Shown here: positions 30,849 to 44,500 of the stretch, piece after piece | How the letters are laid out: each line of letters begins with the position of its first letter | How positions within the stretch are numbered: position 1 is the first letter of the stretch | Source of the DNA: Eledone cirrhosa | Taxonomy: Eukaryota | Assembly: GCA_964016885.1 (NCBI GenBank) | Contig: OZ024744.1 | Location: forward strand, 114,886,001-114,950,000 | Direction of reading: 5' to 3' | Length of the DNA stretch: 64,000 nucleotides | Notes under the pieces: generated by a model | Database searches by the model: none | Seen by the model: the letters and a program-made list of their open reading frames with translations, nothing else | Told to the model about the DNA's origin: nothing | Program-made: the position numbers and the translations under genes

Positions 30849-33700
30849 TGTTTCTGTTGTCTGACTTGCGCTGTTGCTGCTGTGGTTGGTGTTGTCATCA
30901 TTTCTGTTGTCTGACTTGTCGCTGTTGCTGCTGCGGTTGGTGTTGTCATCATTTCTGTTGTCTGACTTGTCGCTGTTGCTGCTGCGGTTGGTGTTGTCAT
31001 TGTTTCTGTTGTCTGTCTTATCGCTGTTGCTGCTGCGGTTGGTGTTGTCATCATTTCTGTTGTCTGTCTTGTCGCTGTTGCTGCTGCGGTTGGTGTTGTC
31101 ATGGTTTCTGTTGTCTGTCTTGTCACTGTTGCTGCTGCGGTTGGTGTTGTCGTCATTTCTGTTGTCTGACTTGTCGCTGTTGCTGCTGTGGTTGGTGTTG
31201 TCATTGTTTCTGTTGTCTGACTTGTCGCTGTTGCTGCTGTGGTTGGTGTTGTCATCATTTCTGTTGTCTGACTTGTCGCTGTTGCTGCTGCGGTTGGTGT
31301 TGTCATTGTTTCTGTTGTCTGTCTTGTCGCTGTTGCTGCTGCGGTTGGTGTTGTCATTGTTTCTGTTGTCTGTCTTGTCGCTGTTGCTGCTGCGGTTGGT
31401 GTTGTCATTGTTTCTGTTGTCTGTCTTGTCGCTGTTGCTGCTGCGGTTGGTGTTGTCATTGTTTCTGTTGTCTGTCTTGTCGCTGTTGCTGCTGCGGTTG
31501 GTGTTGTCATTGTTTCTGTTGTCTGACTTGTCGCTGTTGCTGCTGCGGTTGGTGTTGTCATCATTTCTGTTGTCTGACCTGTCGCTGTTGCTGCTGCGGT
31601 TGGTGTTGTCATTGTTTCTGTTGTCTGACTTGTCGCTGTTGCTGCTGCGGTTGGTGTTGTCATTGTTTCTGTTGTCTGACTTGTCGCTGTTGCTGCTGCG
31701 GTTGGTGTTGTCATTGTTTCTGTTGTCTGACTTGTCGCTGTTGCTGCTGCGGTTGGTGTTGTCATTGTTTCTGTTGTCTGACCTGTCGCTGTTGCTGCTG
31801 CGGTTGGTGTTGTCATCATTACTGTTGTCTGACTTGTCGCTGTTGCTGCTGTGGTTGGTGTTGTCATTGTTTCTGTTGTCTGTCTTGTCGCTGTTGCTGC
31901 TGCGGTTGGTGTTGTCATTGTTTCTGTTGTCTGTCTTGTCGCTGTTGCTGCTGCGGTTGGTGTTGTCATCATTTCTGTTGTCTGACCTGTCGCTGTTGCT
32001 GCTGCGGTTGGTGTTGTCATCATTTCTGTTGTCTGACCTGTCGCTGTTGCTGCTGCGGTTGGTGTTGTCATCATTTCTGTTGTCTGACTTGTCGCTCTTG
32101 CTGCTGCGGTTGGTGTTGTCATCATTTCTGTTGTCTGACTTGTCGCTGTTGCTGCTGCGGTTGGTGTTGTCATCATTTCTGTTGTCTGTCTTGTCGCTGT
32201 TGCTGCTGCGGTTGGTGTTGTCATCATTTCTGTTGTCTGACTTGTCGCTGTTGCTGCTGCGGTTGGTGTTGTCATTGTTTCTGTTGTCTGACTTGTCGCT
32301 GTTGCTGCTGCGGTTGGTGTTGTCATCATTTCTGTTGTCTGACTTGTCGCTGTTGCTGCTGCAGTTGGTGTTGTCATTGTTTCTGTTGTCTCTCTTGTCG
32401 CTGTTGCTGCTGCGGTTGGTGTTTTCGTCATTTCTGTTGTCTGACCTGTCGCTGTTGCTGCTGCGGTTGGTGTTGTCATTGTTTCTGTTGTCTGACCTGT
32501 CGCTGTTGCTGCTGTGGTTGGTGTTGTCATCATTTCTGTTGTCTGTCTTGTCGCTGTTGCTGCTGCAGTTGGTGTTGTCATCATTTCTGTTGTCTGACTT
32601 GTCGCTGTTGCTGCTGCGGTTGGTGTTGTCATTGTTTCTGTTGTCTGACTTGTCGCTGTTGCTGCTGCGGTTGGTGTTGTCGTCATTTCTGTTGTCTGAC
32701 TTGTCGCTGTTGCTGCTGCAGTTGGTGTTGTCATCATTTCTGTTGTCTGACTTGTCGCTGTTGCTGCTGCGGTTGGTGTTGTCATTGTTTCTGTTGTCTG
32801 ACTTGTCGCTGTTGCTGCTGCGGTTGGTGTTGTCATCATTTCTGTTGTCTGTCTTGTCGCTGTTGCTGCTGCGGTTGGTGTTGTCATCATTTCTGTTGTC
32901 TGACTTGTCGCTGTTGCTGCTGCGGTTGGTGTTGTCATTGTTTCTGTTGTCTGACTTGCGCTGTTGCTGCTGTGGTTGGTGTTGTCATCATTTCTGTTGT
33001 CTGACTTGTCGCTGTTGCTGCTGCGGTTGGTGTTGTCATCATTTCTGTTGTCTGACTTGTCGCTGTTGCTGCTGCGGTTGGTGTTGTCATTGTTTCTGTT
33101 GTCTGTCTTATCGCTGTTGCTGCTGCGGTTGGTGTTGTCATCATTTCTGTTGTCTGTCTTGTCGCTGTTGCTGCTGCGGTTGGTGTTGTCATGGTTTCTG
33201 TTGTCTGTCTTGTCACTGTTGCTGCTGCGGTTGGTGTTGTCGTCATTTCTGTTGTCTGACTTGTCGCTGTTGCTGCTGTGGTTGGTGTTGTCATTGTTTC
33301 TGTTGTCTGACTTGTCGCTGTTGCTGCTGTGGTTGGTGTTGTCATCATTTCTGTTGTCTGACTTGTCGCTGTTGCTGCTGCGGTTGGTGTTGTCATTGTT
33401 TCTGTTGTCTGTCTTGTCGCTGTTGCTGCTGCGGTTGGTGTTGTCATTGTTTCTGTTGTCTGTCTTGTCGCTGTTGCTGCTGCGGTTGGTGTTGTCATTG
33501 TTTCTGTTGTCTGTCTTGTCGCTGTTGCTGCTGCGGTTGGTGTTGTCATTGTTTCTGTTGTCTGTCTTGTCGCTGTTGCTGCTGCGGTTGGTGTTGTCAT
33601 TGTTTCTGTTGTCTGACTTGTCGCTGTTGCTGCTGCGGTTGGTGTTGTCATCATTTCTGTTGTCTGACCTGTCGCTGTTGCTGCTGCGGTTGGTGTTGTC
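29400..33700. repeat. Higher-order tandem duplication, period 2090 bp (41 units minus 1 bp), carrying the frameshift deletion; boundaries approximate
   Basis: Rare markers recur exactly 2090 bp apart: attActg 29731/31821, gctCttg 30007/32097, deletion 30868/32958, cttAtcg 31020/33110. Confidence 0.9.
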
Positions 33701-35550
33701 ATTGTTTCTGTTGTCTGACTTGTCGCTGTTGCTGCTGTGGTTGGTGTTGTCATCATTTCTGTTGTCTGACTTGTCGCTGTTGCTGCTGCGGTTGGTGTTG
33801 TCATTGTTTCTGTTGTCTGACTTGTCGCTGTTGCTGCTGCGGTTGGTGTTGTCATCATTTCTGTTGTCTGACTTGTCGCTGTTGCTGCTGCGGTTGGTGT
33901 TGTCATTGTTTCTGTTGTCTGTCTTGTCGCTGTTGCTGCTGCGGTTGGTGTTGTCATCATTTCTGTTGTCTGACTTGTCGCTGTTGCTGCTGCGGTTGGT
34001 GTTGTCATTGTTTCTGTTGTCTGACCTGTCGCTGTTGCTGCTGTGGTTGGTGTTGTCATCATTTCTGTTGTCTGACTTGTCGCTGTTGCTGCTGCGGTTG
34101 GTGTTGTCATCATTTCTGTTGTCTGACCTGTCGCTGTTGCTGCTGCGGTTGGTGTTGTCATTGTTTCTGTTGTCTGTCTTGTCGCTGTTGCTGCTGCGGT
34201 TGGTGTTGTCATCATTTCTGTTGTCTGACTTGTCGCTGTTGCTGCTGCGGTTGGTGTTGTCATCATTTCTGTTGTCTGTCTTGTCGCTGTTGCTGCTGCG
34301 GTTGGTGTTGTCATCATTTCTGTTGTCTGACGTGTCGCTGTTGCTGCTGCGGTTGGTGTTGTCATCATTTCTGTTGTCTGTCTTGTCGCTGTTGCTGCTG
34401 CGGTTGGTGTTGTCATTGTTTCTGTTGTCTGACTTGTCGCTGTTGCTGCTGCGGTTGGTGTTGTCATCATTTCTGTTGTCTGACTTGTCGCTGTTACTGC
34501 TGCGGTTGGTGTTGTCATTGTTTCTGTTGTCTGACTTGTCGCTGTTGCTGCTGTGGTTGGTGTTGTCATCATTTCTGTTGTCTGACTTGTCGCTGTTGCT
34601 GCTGCGGTTGGTGTTGTCATCATTTCTGTTGTCTGACCTGTCGCTGTTGCTGCTGCGGTTGGTGTTGTCATTGTTTCTGTTGTCTGACTTGTCGCTGTTG
34701 CTGCTGCGGTTGGTGTTGTCATTGTTTCTGTTGTCTGACTTGTCGCTGTTGCTGCTGCGGTTGGTGTTGTCATTGTTTCTGTTGTCTGACTTGTCGCTGT
34801 TGCTGCTGCGGTTGGTGTTGTCATTGTTTCTGTTGTCTGACTTGTCGCTGTTGCTGCTGCGGTTGGTGTTGTCATTGTTTCTGTTGTCTGACCTGTCGCT
34901 GTTGCTGCTGCGGTTGGTGTTGTCATCATTTCTGTTGTCTGACTTGTCGCTGTTGCTGCTGTGGTTGGTGTTGTCATTGTTTCTGTTGTCTGTCTTGTCG
35001 CTGTTGCTGCTGCGGTTGGTGTTGTCATTGTTTCTGTTGTCTGTCTTGTCGCTGTTGCTGCTGCGGTTGGTGTTGTCATCATTTCTGTTGTCTGACCTGT
35101 CGCTGTTGCTGCTGCGGTTGGTGTTGTCATCATTTCTGTTGTCTGACTTGTCGCTGTTGCTGCAGCGGTTGGTGTTGTCATTGTTTCTGTTGTCTGACTT
35201 GTCGCTGTTGCTGCTGCGGTTGGTGTTGTCATCATTTCTGTTGTCTAACTTGTCGCTGTTGCTGCTGCGGTTGGTGTTGTCATTGTTTCTGTTGTCTGAC
35301 TTGTCGCTGTTGCTGCTGCGGTTGGTGTTGTCATCATTTCTGTTGTCTGACTTGTCGCTGTTGCTGCTGCAGTTGGTGTTGTCATCATTTCTGTTGTCTG
35401 ACTTGTCGCTGTTGCTGCTGCGGTTGGTGTTGTCATCATTTCTGTTGTCTGACTTGTCGCTGTTGCTGCTGTGGTTGGTGTTGTCATTGTTTCTGTTGTC
35501 TGACTTGTCGCTGTTGCTGCTGCGGTTGGTGTTGTCATCATTTCTGTTGT
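30845..35550 (-). pseudogene. Disrupted central segment of the mucin-like frame: nonsense codons and 1-bp frameshifts split it into 98-, 766- and 697-aa pieces
   Basis: CAG>TAG at 35245-35247 (and at 35551-35553, just outside this span; + strand reads tctaacttg). Units reading gacttgcgctg lack one T after 30868 and after 32958, and both give the same out-of-frame tail AQVRQQKQ*. Confidence 0.45.
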
Positions 35551-38500
35551 CTAACTTGTCGCTGTTGCTGCTGCGGTTGGTGTTGTCATTGTTTCTGTTG
35601 TCTGACTTGTCGCTGTTGCTGCTGCGGTTGGTGTTGTCATCATTTCTGTTGTCTGACTTGTCGCTGTTGCTGCTGCAGTTGGTGTTGTCATTGTTTCTGT
35701 TGTCTCTCTTGTCGCTGTTGCTGCTGCGGTTGGTGTTTTCGTCATTTCTGTTGTCTGACCTGTCGCTGTTGCTGCTGCGGTTGGTGTTGTCATTGTTTCT
35801 GTTGTCTGACCTGTCGCTGTTGCTGCTGTGGTTGGTGTTGTCATCATTTCTGTTGTCTGACTTGTCGCTGTTGCTGCTGCAGTTGGTGTTGTCATCATTT
35901 CTGTTGTCTGACTTGTCGCTGTTGCTGCTGCGGTTGGTGTTGTCATTGTTTCTGTTGTCTGACTTGTCGCTGTTGCTGCTGCGGTTGGTGTTGTCGTCAT
36001 TTCTGTTGTCTGACTTGTCGCTGTTGCTGCTGCAGTTGGTGTTGTCATCATTTCTGTTGTCTGACTTGTCGCTGTTGCTGCTGCGGTTGGTGTTGTCATT
36101 GTTTCTGTTGTCTGACTTGTCGCTGTTGCTGCTGCGGTTGGTGTTGTCATCATTTCTGTTGTCTGTCTTGTCGCTGTTGCTGCTGCGGTTGGTGTTGTCA
36201 TCATTTCTGTTGTCTGACTTGTCGCTGTTGCTGCTGCGGTTGGTGTTGTCATTGTTTCTGTTGTCTGACTTGTCGCTGTTGCTGCTGTGGTTGGTGTTGT
36301 CATCATTTCTGTTGTCTGACTTGTCGCTGTTGCTGCTGCGGTTGGTGTTGTCATCATTTCTGTTGTCTGACTTGTCGCTGTTGCTGCTGCGGTTGGTGTT
36401 GTCATTGTTTCTGTTGTCTGTCTTGTCGCTGTTGCTGCTGCGGTTGGTGTTGTCATTGTTTCTGTTGTCTGACTTGTCGCTGTTGCTGCTGCGGTTGGTG
36501 TTGTCATCATTTCTGTTGTCTGACCTGTCGCTGTTGCTGCTGCGGTTGGTGTTGTCATTGTTTCTGTTGTCTGACTTGTCGCTGTTGCTGCTGTGGTTGG
36601 TGTTGTCATCATTTCTGTTGTCTGACCTGTCGCTGTTGCTGCTGCGGTTGGTGTTGTCATTGTTTCTGTTGTCTGACTTGTCGCTGTTGCTGCTGCGGTT
36701 GGTGTTGTCATCATTTCTGTTGTCTGACTTGTCGCTGTTGCTGCTGCGGTTGGTGTTGTCATTGTTTCTGTTGTCTGTCTTGTCGCTGTTGCTGCTGCGG
36801 TTGGTGTTGTCATCATTTCTGTTGTCTGACTTGTCGCTGTTGCTGCTGCGGTTGGTGTTGTCATTGTTTCTGTTGTCTGACCTGTCGCTGTTGCTGCTGT
36901 GGTTGGTGTTGTCATCATTTCTGTTGTCTGACTTGTCGCTGTTGCTGCTGCGGTTGGTGTTGTCATCATTTCTGTTGTCTGACCTGTCGCTGTTGCTGCT
37001 GCGGTTGGTGTTGTCATTGTTTCTGTTGTCTGTCTTGTCGCTGTTGCTGCTGCGGTTGGTGTTGTCATCATTTCTGTTGTCTGACTTGTCGCTGTTGCTG
37101 CTGCGGTTGGTGTTGTCATCATTTCTGTTGTCTGTCTTGTCGCTGTTGCTGCTGCGGTTGGTGTTGTCATCATTTCTGTTGTCTGACTTGTCGCTGTTGC
37201 TGCTGCGGTTGGTGTTGTCATTGTTTCTGTTGTCTGACTTGTCGCTGTTGCTGCTGTGGTTGGTGTTGTCATCATTTCTGTTGTCTGACTTGTCGCTGTT
37301 GCTGCTGCGGTTGGTGTTGTCATCATTTCTGTTGTCTGACTTGTCGCTGTTGCTGCTGCGGTTGGTGTTGTCATCATTTCTGTTGTCTGACCTGTCGCTG
37401 TTGCTGCTGCGGTTGGTGTTGTCATTGTTTCTGTTGTCTGACTTGTCGCTGTTGCTGCTGCGGTTGGTGTTGTCATTGTTTCTGTTGTCTGACTTGTCGC
37501 TGTTGCTGCTGCGGTTGGTGTTGTCATTGTTTCTGTTGTCTGACTTGTCGCTGTTGCTGCTGTGGTTGGTGTTGTCATCATTTCTGTTGTCTGACTTGTC
37601 GCTGTTGCTGCTGTGGTTGGTGTTGTCATTGTTTCTGTTGTCTGACTTGTCGCTGTTGCTGCTGCGGTTGGTGTTGTCATCATTTCTGTTGTCTGACTTG
37701 TCGCTGTTGCTGCTGCGGTTGGTGTTGTCATCATTTCTGTTGTCTGACCTGTCGCTGTTGCTGCTGCGGTTGGTGTTGTCATCATTTCTGTTGTCTGACT
37801 TGTCGCTGTTGGTGCTGCGGTTGGTTTTGTCATTGTTTCTGTTGTCTGACTTGTCGCTGTTGCTGCTGCGGTTGGTGTTGTCATTGTTTCTGTTGTCTGA
37901 CTTGTCGCTGTTGCTGCTGCGGTTGGTGTTGTCATTGTTTCTGTTGTCTGACCTGTCGCTGTTGCTGCTGCGGTTGGTGTTGTCATCATTTCTGTTGTCT
38001 GACTTGTCGCTGTTGCTGCTGTGGTTGGTGTTGTCATTGTTTCTGTTGTCGGTCTTGTCGCTGTTGCTGCTGCGGTTGGTGTTGTCATTGTTTCTGTTGT
38101 CTGTCTTGTCGCTGTTGCTGCTGCGGTTGGTGTTGTCATCATTTCTGTTGTCTGACCTGTCGCTGTTGCTGCTGCGGTTGGTGTTGTCATCATTTCTGTT
38201 GTCTGACTTGTCGCTGTTGCTGCTGCGGTTGGTGTTGTCATCATTTCTGTTGTCTGACTTGTCGCTGTTGCTGCTGCGGTTGGTGTTGTCATCATTTCTG
38301 TTGTCTGACTTGTCGCTGTTGCTGCTGTGGTTGGTGTTGTCATTGTTTCTGTTGTCTGACTTGTCGCTGTTGCTGCTGCGGTTGGTGTTGTCATCATTTC
38401 TGTTGTCTGACCTGTCGCTGTTGCTGCTGCGGTTGGTGTTGTCATCATTTCTGTTGTCTGACTTGTCGCTGTTGCTGCTGCGGTTGGTGTTGTCATCATT

Positions 38501-41500
38501 TCTGTTGTCTGACTTGTCGCTGTTGCTGCTGCGGTTGGTGTTGTCATTGTTTCTGTTGTCTGACTTGTCGCTGTTGCTGCTGCGGTTGGTGTTGTCATCA
38601 TTTCTGTTGTCTGACTTGTCGCTGTTGCTGCTGCGGTTGGTGTTGTCATCATTTCTGTTGTCTGACTTGTCGCTGTTGCTGCTGCGGTTGGTGTTGTCAT
38701 CATTTCTGTTGTCTGACTTGTCGCTGTTGCTGCTGCGGTTGGTGTTGTCATCATTTCTGTTGTCTGACTTGTCGCTGTTGCTGCTGCTGTTGGTGTTGTC
38801 ATCATTTCTGTTGTCTGACTTGTCGCTGTTGCTGCTGCGGTTGGTGTTGTCATCATTTCTGTTTTCTGTCTTGTCGCTGTTGCTGCTGCGGTTGGTGTTG
38901 TCATTGTTTCTGTTGTCTGACTTGTCGCTGTTGCTGCTGCGGTTGGTGTTGTCATCATTTCTGTTGTCTGACTTGTCGCTGCTGCTGCTGCGGTTGGTGT
39001 TGTCATCATTTCTGTTGTCTGACTTGTCGCTGTTGCTGCTGCGGTTGGTGTTGTCATTGTTTCTGTTGTCTGACTTGTCGCTGTTGCTGCTGCGGTTGGT
39101 GTTGTCATCGTTTCTGTTGTCTGACTTGTCGCTGTTGCTGCTGCGGTTGGTGTTGTCATCATTTCTGTTGTCTGACCTGTCGCTGTTGCTGCTGCGGTTG
39201 GTGTTGTCATTGTTTCTGTTGTCTGACTTGTCGCTGTTGCTGCTGCGGTTGGTGTTGTCATCATTTCTGTTGTCTGTCTTGTCGCTGTTGCTGCTGCGGT
39301 TGGTGTTGTCATTGTTTCTGTTGTCTGTCTTCTCGCTGTTGCTGCTGCGGTTGGTGTTGTCATCATTTCTGTTGTCTGTCTTGTCGCTGTTGCTGCTGCA
39401 GTTGGTGTTGTCGTCATTTCTGTTGTCTGACTTGTCGCTGTTGCTGCTGCGGTTGGTGTTTTCGTCATTTCTGTTGTCTGACCTGTCGCTGTTGCTGCTG
39501 CGGTTGGTGTTGTCATTGTTTCTGTTGTCTGACCTGTCGCTGTTGCTGCTGTGGTTGGTGTTGTCATCATTTCTGTTGTCTGTCTTGTCGCTGTTGCTGC
39601 TGCAGTTGGTGTTGTCATCATTTCTGTTGTCTGACTTGTCGCTGTTGCTGCTGCGGTTGGTGTTGTCATCATTTCTGTTGTCTGACTTGTCGCTGTTGCT
39701 GCTGCGGTTGGTGTTGTCATTGTTTCTGTTGTCTGTCTTGTCGCTGTTGCTGCTGCGGTTGGTGTTGTCATCATTTCTGTTGTCTGTCTTGTCGCTGTTG
39801 CTGCTGCAGTTGGTGTTGTCATCATTTCTGTTGTCTGACTTGTCGCTGTTGCTGCTGCGGTTGGTGTTGTCATCATTTCTGTTGTCTGACTTGTCGCTGT
39901 TGCTGCTGCGGTTGGTGTTGTCATTGTTTCTGTTGTCTGTCTTGTCGCTGTTGCTGCTGCGGTTGGTGTTGTCATCATTTCTGTTGTCTGACTTGTCGCT
40001 GTTGCTGCTGCGGTTGGTGTTGTCATTGTTTCTGTTGTCTGACCTGTCGCTGTTGCTGCTGTGGTTGGTGTTGTCATCATTTCTGTTGTCTGACTTGTCG
40101 CTGTTGCTGCTGCGGTTGGTGTTGTCATCATTTCTGTTGTCTGACCTGTCGCTGTTGCTGCTGCGGTTGGTGTTGTCATTGTTTCTGTTGTCTGTCTTGT
40201 CGCTGTTGCTGCTGCGGTTGGTGTTGTCATCATTTCTGTTGTCTGACTTGTCGCTGTTGCTGCTGCGGTTGGTGTTGTCATCATTTCTGTTGTCTGTCTT
40301 GTCGCTGTTGCTGCTGCGGTTGGTGTTGTCATCATTTCTGTTGTCTGACTTGTCGCTGTTACTGCTGCGGTTGGTGTTGTCATTGTTTCTGTTGTCTGAC
40401 TTGTCGCTGTTGCTGCTGTGGTTGGTGTTGTCATCATTTCTGTTGTCTGACTTGTCGCTGTTGCTGCTGCGGTTGGTGTTGTCATCATTTCTGTTGTCTG
40501 ACTTGTCGCTGTTGCTGCTGCGGTTGGTGTTGTCATCATTTCTGTTGTCTGACCTGTCGCTGTTGCTGCTGCGGTTGGTGTTGTCATTGTTTCTGTTGTC
40601 TGACTTGTCGCTGTTGCTGCTGCGGTTGGTGTTGTCATTGTTTCTGTTGTCTGACTTGTCGCTGTTGCTGCTGCGGTTGGTGTTGTCATTGTTTCTGTTG
40701 TCTGACTTGTCGCTGTTGCTGCTGTGGTTGGTGTTGTCATCATTTCTGTTGTCTGACTTGTCGCTGTTGCTGCTGTGGTTGGTGTTGTCATCATTTCTGT
40801 TGTCTGACTTGTCGCTGTTGCTGCTGCGGTTGGTGTTGTCATCATTTCTGTTGTCTGTCTTGTCGCTGTTGCTGCTGCGGTTGGTGTTGTCATCATTTCT
40901 GTTGTCTGACTTGTCGCTGTTGCTGCTGCGGTTGGTGTTGTCATCATTTCTGTTGTCTGACTTGTCGCTGTTGCTGCTGCGGTTGGTGTTGTCATCATTT
41001 CTGTTGTCTGACTTGTCGCTGTTGCTGCTGTGGTTGGTGTTGTCATTGTTTCTGTTGTCTGACTTGTCGCTGTTGCTGCTGCGGTTGGTGTTGTCATCAT
41101 TTCTGTTGTCTGACTTGTCGCTGTTGCTGCTGCGGTTGGTGTTGTCATCATTTCTGTTGTCTGACTTGTCGCAGTTGCTGCTGCGGTTGGTGTTGTCATC
41201 ATTTCTGTTGTCTGACTTGTCGCTGTTGCTGCTGCGGTTGGTGTTGTCATCATTTCTGTTGTCTGACTTGTCGCTGTTGCTGCTGCGGTTGGTGTTGTCA
41301 TCATTTCTGTTGTCTGACTTGTCGCTGTTGCTGCTGCGGTTGGTGTTGTCATCATTTCTGTTGTCTGACTTGTCGCTGTTGCTGCTGCGGTTGGTGTTGT
41401 CATCATTTCTGTTGTCTGACTTGTCGCTGTTGCTGCTGCGGTTGGTGTTGTCATCATTTCTGTTGTCTGACTTGTCGCTGTCGCTGCTGCGGTTGGTGTT

Positions 41501-44500
41501 GTCATCATTTCTGTTGTTCGACTTGTCGCTGTTGCTGCTGCGGTTGGTGTTGTCATCATATCTGTTGTCTGTCTTGTCGCTGTTGCTGCTGCGGTTGGTG
41601 TTGTCATCATTTCTGTTGTCTGAGTTGTCGCTGTTGCTGCTGCGGTTGGTGTTGTCATCATTTCTGTTGTCTGACCTGTCGTTGTTGCTGCTGCGGTTGG
41701 TGTTGTCATCATTTCTGTTGTCTGACTTGTCGCTGTTGCTGCTGCGGTTGGTGTTGTCATCATTTCTGTTGTCTGACTTGTCGCTGTTGCTGCTGCGGTT
41801 GGTGTTGTCATTGTTTCTGTTGTCTGACTTGTCGCTGTTGCTGCTGCGGTTGGTGTTGTCATCATTTCTGTTGTCTGACTTGTCGCTGTTGCTGCTGCGG
41901 TTGGTGTTGTCATCATTTCTGTTGTCTGACTTGTCGCTGTTGCTGCTGCGGTTGGTGTTGTCATCATTTCTGTTGTCTGACTTGTCGCTGTTGCTGCTGC
42001 GGTTGGTGTTGTCATCATTTCTGTTGTCTGACTTGTCGCTGTTGCTGCTGCTGTTGGTGTTGTCATCATTTCTGTTGTCTGACTTGTCGCTGTTGCTGCT
42101 GCGGTTGGTGTTGTCATCATTTCTGTTTTCTGTCTTGTCGCTGTTGCTGCTGCGGTTGGTGTTGTCATTGTTTCTGTTGTCTGACTTGTCGCTGTTGCTG
42201 CTGCGGTTGGTGTTGTCATCATTTCTGTTGTCTGACTTGTCGCTGCTGCTGCTGCGGTTGGTGTTGTCATCATTTCTGTTGTCTGACTTGTCGCTGTTGC
42301 TGCTGCGGTTGGTGTTGTCATTGTTTCTGTTGTCTGACTTGTCGCTGTTGCTGCTGCGGTTGGTGTTGTCATCGTTTCTGTTGTCTGACTTGTCGCTGTT
42401 GCTGCTGCGGTTGGTGTTGTCATCATTTCTGTTGTCTGACCTGTCGCTGTTGCTGCTGCGGTTGGTGTTGTCATTGTTTCTGTTGTCTGACTTGTCGCTG
42501 TTGCTGCTGCGGTTGGTGTTGTCATCATTTCTGTTGTCTGTCTTGTCGCTGTTGCTGCTGCGGTTGGTGTTGTCATTGTTTCTGTTGTCTGTCTTCTCGC
42601 TGTTGCTGCTGCGGTTGGTGTTGTCATCATTTCTGTTGTCTGTCTTGTCGCTGTTGCTGCTGCAGTTGGTGTTGTCGTCATTTCTGTTGTCTGACTTGTC
42701 GCTGTTGCTGCTGCGGTTGGTGTTTTCGTCATTTCTGTTGTCTGACCTGTCGCTGTTGCTGCTGCGGTTGGTGTTGTCATTGTTTCTGTTGTCTGACCTG
42801 TCGCTGTTGCTGCTGTGGTTGGTGTTGTCATCATTTCTGTTGTCTGTCTTGTCGCTGTTGCTGCTGCAGTTGGTGTTGTCATCATTTCTGTTGTCTGACT
42901 TGTCGCTGTTGCTGCTGCGGTTGGTGTTGTCATCATTTCTGTTGTCTGACTTGTCGCTGTTGCTGCTGCGGTTGGTGTTGTCATTGTTTCTGTTGTCTGT
43001 CTTGTCGCTGTTGCTGCTGCGGTTGGTGTTGTCATCATTTCTGTTGTCTGTCTTGTCGCTGTTGCTGCTGCAGTTGGTGTTGTCATCATTTCTGTTGTCT
43101 GACTTGTCGCTGTTGCTGCTGCGGTTGGTGTTGTCATCATTTCTGTTGTCTGACTTGTCGCTGTTGCTGCTGCGGTTGGTGTTGTCATTGTTTCTGTTGT
43201 CTGTCTTGTCGCTGTTGCTGCTGCGGTTGGTGTTGTCATCATTTCTGTTGTCTGACTTGTCGCTGTTGCTGCTGCGGTTGGTGTTGTCATTGTTTCTGTT
43301 GTCTGACCTGTCGCTGTTGCTGCTGTGGTTGGTGTTGTCATCATTTCTGTTGTCTGACTTGTCGCTGTTGCTGCTGCGGTTGGTGTTGTCATCATTTCTG
43401 TTGTCTGACCTGTCGCTGTTGCTGCTGCGGTTGGTGTTGTCATTGTTTCTGTTGTCTGTCTTGTCGCTGTTGCTGCTGCGGTTGGTGTTGTCATCATTTC
43501 TGTTGTCTGACTTGTCGCTGTTGCTGCTGCGGTTGGTGTTGTCATCATTTCTGTTGTCTGTCTTGTCGCTGTTGCTGCTGCGGTTGGTGTTGTCATCATT
43601 TCTGTTGTCTGACTTGTCGCTGTTACTGCTGCGGTTGGTGTTGTCATTGTTTCTGTTGTCTGACTTGTCGCTGTTGCTGCTGTGGTTGGTGTTGTCATCA
43701 TTTCTGTTGTCTGACTTGTCGCTGTTGCTGCTGCGGTTGGTGTTGTCATCATTTCTGTTGTCTGACTTGTCGCTGTTGCTGCTGCGGTTGGTGTTGTCAT
43801 CATTTCTGTTGTCTGACCTGTCGCTGTTGCTGCTGCGGTTGGTGTTGTCATTGTTTCTGTTGTCTGACTTGTCGCTGTTGCTGCTGCGGTTGGTGTTGTC
43901 ATTGTTTCTGTTGTCTGACTTGTCGCTGTTGCTGCTGCGGTTGGTGTTGTCATTGTTTCTGTTGTCTGACTTGTCGCTGTTGCTGCTGTGGTTGGTGTTG
44001 TCATCATTTCTGTTGTCTGACTTGTCGCTGTTGCTGCTGTGGTTGGTGTTGTCATTGTTTCTGTTGTCTGACTTGTCGCTGTTGCTGCTGCGGTTGGTGT
44101 TGTCATCATTTCTGTTGTCTGACTTGTCGCTGTTGCTGCTGCGGTTGGTGTTGTCATCATTTCTGTTGTCTGACCTGTCGCTGTTGCTGCTGCGGTTGGT
44201 GTTGTCATCATTTCTGTTGTCTGACTTGTCGCTGTTGGTGCTGCGGTTGGTTTTGTCATTGTTTCTGTTGTCTGACTTGTCGCTGTTGCTGCTGCGGTTG
44301 GTGTTGTCATTGTTTCTGTTGTCTGACTTGTCGCTGTTGCTGCTGCGGTTGGTGTTGTCATTGTTTCTGTTGTCTGACCTGTCGCTGTTGCTGCTGCGGT
44401 TGGTGTTGTCATCATTTCTGTTGTCTGACTTGTCGCTGTTGCTGCTGCGGTTGGTGTTGTCATCATTTCTGTTGTCTGACTTGTCGCTGTTGCTGCTGTG

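Noticed and set aside
30860-32965. Programmed ribosomal frameshift or phase-variation site
   Set aside because: There is no slippery heptamer, homopolymer tract or distinct downstream structure. The sites are ordinary units missing one base.
1971-33004. Cys-rich plus-strand ORFs (CCLTCRCCCCGWCCHHF)n resembling metallothionein or keratin-associated proteins
   Set aside because: This is the exact codon-for-codon antisense of the Thr/Ala frame (ACA/GCA read as TGT/TGC), a well-known artefact of mucin repeats. The starts arise from chance point variants.
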